Positions 57,129 to 57,488 of a stretch of 57,488 nt of DNA are shown piece after piece. A model generated the notes under the pieces. That model searched no databases and was not told the origin of the DNA. It saw only the letters and a program-made list of their open reading frames with translations. Numbering within the stretch: position 1 is the first letter of the stretch; every line of letters starts with the position of its first letter. The stretch is from a virus (lineage: Duplodnaviria; Heunggongvirae; Uroviricota; Caudoviricetes): the IMG/VR virus record IMGVR_UViG_3300044640_001538. One strand, written 5' to 3'. The translations under genes and the position numbers were made by a program.

Positions 57129-57347
57129 TTAAAATGCTAAATCGTTTTTCATAATTATTCTTTTCTGTAAAACATCACATAATTCATCTGCAATATCATC
57201 ATAAATATTACCTTGTACTTTAAAGTTTAGCACTTCAACCATTTTTTGAATAATTCTTATTCTTGTTTCTAAAGATATTTCTTCAGCGTTATATATTTCT
57301 AACAGTTCTTTCATATTAAATTTATTTAAGTTTATTTTTTCGCGCAA
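57129..57347 (-). CDS. Hypothetical protein
   Basis: ORF track; start may be the ATG of MKELL. Confidence 0.5.
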   Translation of the reverse strand: MREKINLNKFNMKELLEIYNAEEISLETRIRIIQKMVEVLNFKVQGNIYDDIADELCDVLQKRIIMKNDLAF

Positions 57348-57353
57348 AAAAGA

Positions 57354-57488
57354 TTAAAAATAACAGCTTCTCCATCTTCTATAGTCTGAAACATAAGCAG
57401 TACTCCTACTACCATCTCCAATCAAAGGAGCCGTACTACCAAACAACCACAACTCAAACTTTTCTTGTTCTTCTACGGGTAATTCATC
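57354..57488 (-). CDS. Partial hypothetical protein (start beyond window)
   Basis: DELPVEEQEKFELWLFGSTAPL...AYVSDYRRW..*; frame open to the edge. Confidence 0.5.
   Translation of the reverse strand, partial: DELPVEEQEKFELWLFGSTAPLIGDGSRSTAYVSDYRRWRSCYF

Noticed and set aside
1-57488. Stop-codon reassignment as seen in some crAss-like phages
   Set aside because: Standard-code ORFs are long and tile the window, with TAA, TAG and TGA all acting as stops.
1-57488. CRISPR array, tRNA or rRNA genes
   Set aside because: Intergenic gaps are short and explained by promoters and terminators; no spaced repeats or cloverleafs seen. The 45506-45565 hairpins do not form a tRNA.

Overview
A 57.5-kb segment of an AT-rich (roughly 31% GC by eye) tailed phage genome. 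The gene order looks crAss-like: ring/tail-tube proteins, an IHF-like gene, a muzzle/'stabilisation' protein, then giant ejected cargo proteins. At least eight exact or near-exact Bacteroidota sigma70 promoters (TTTG-N20-TAnnTTTG) point to a Bacteroidota, probably Flavobacteriaceae, host. 1-11.3 kb: a modular, Cys-rich tail-fibre/adhesin array (duplicated spike genes, C1q, BspA-LRR and LRR heads). 11.4-20.2 kb: tail core. 20.2-45.4 kb: six putative ejection proteins totalling 8,273 aa, with transglycosylase, zincin, GNAT, ART and LPD23 domains and no recognisable virion RNA polymerase. 45.5-47.3 kb: small + strand accessory genes. 47.3-57.5 kb: a - strand block with a TnpA-less RHH-TnpB-reRNA cassette, a NUMOD4-HNH endonuclease with a structured leader, a metallophosphoesterase, a BT4734/VirE-N primase-like gene and many small ORFs. 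Most striking: the six cargo proteins contain only four cysteines, all at the facing ends of the last three giants, suggesting a head-to-tail covalently linked ejection chain. Also notable are a recurring QQG(G) motif in the first two cargo proteins and the RNA-guided TnpB cassette under a phage-type promoter. All family assignments come from motif recognition by eye; no database search was run.
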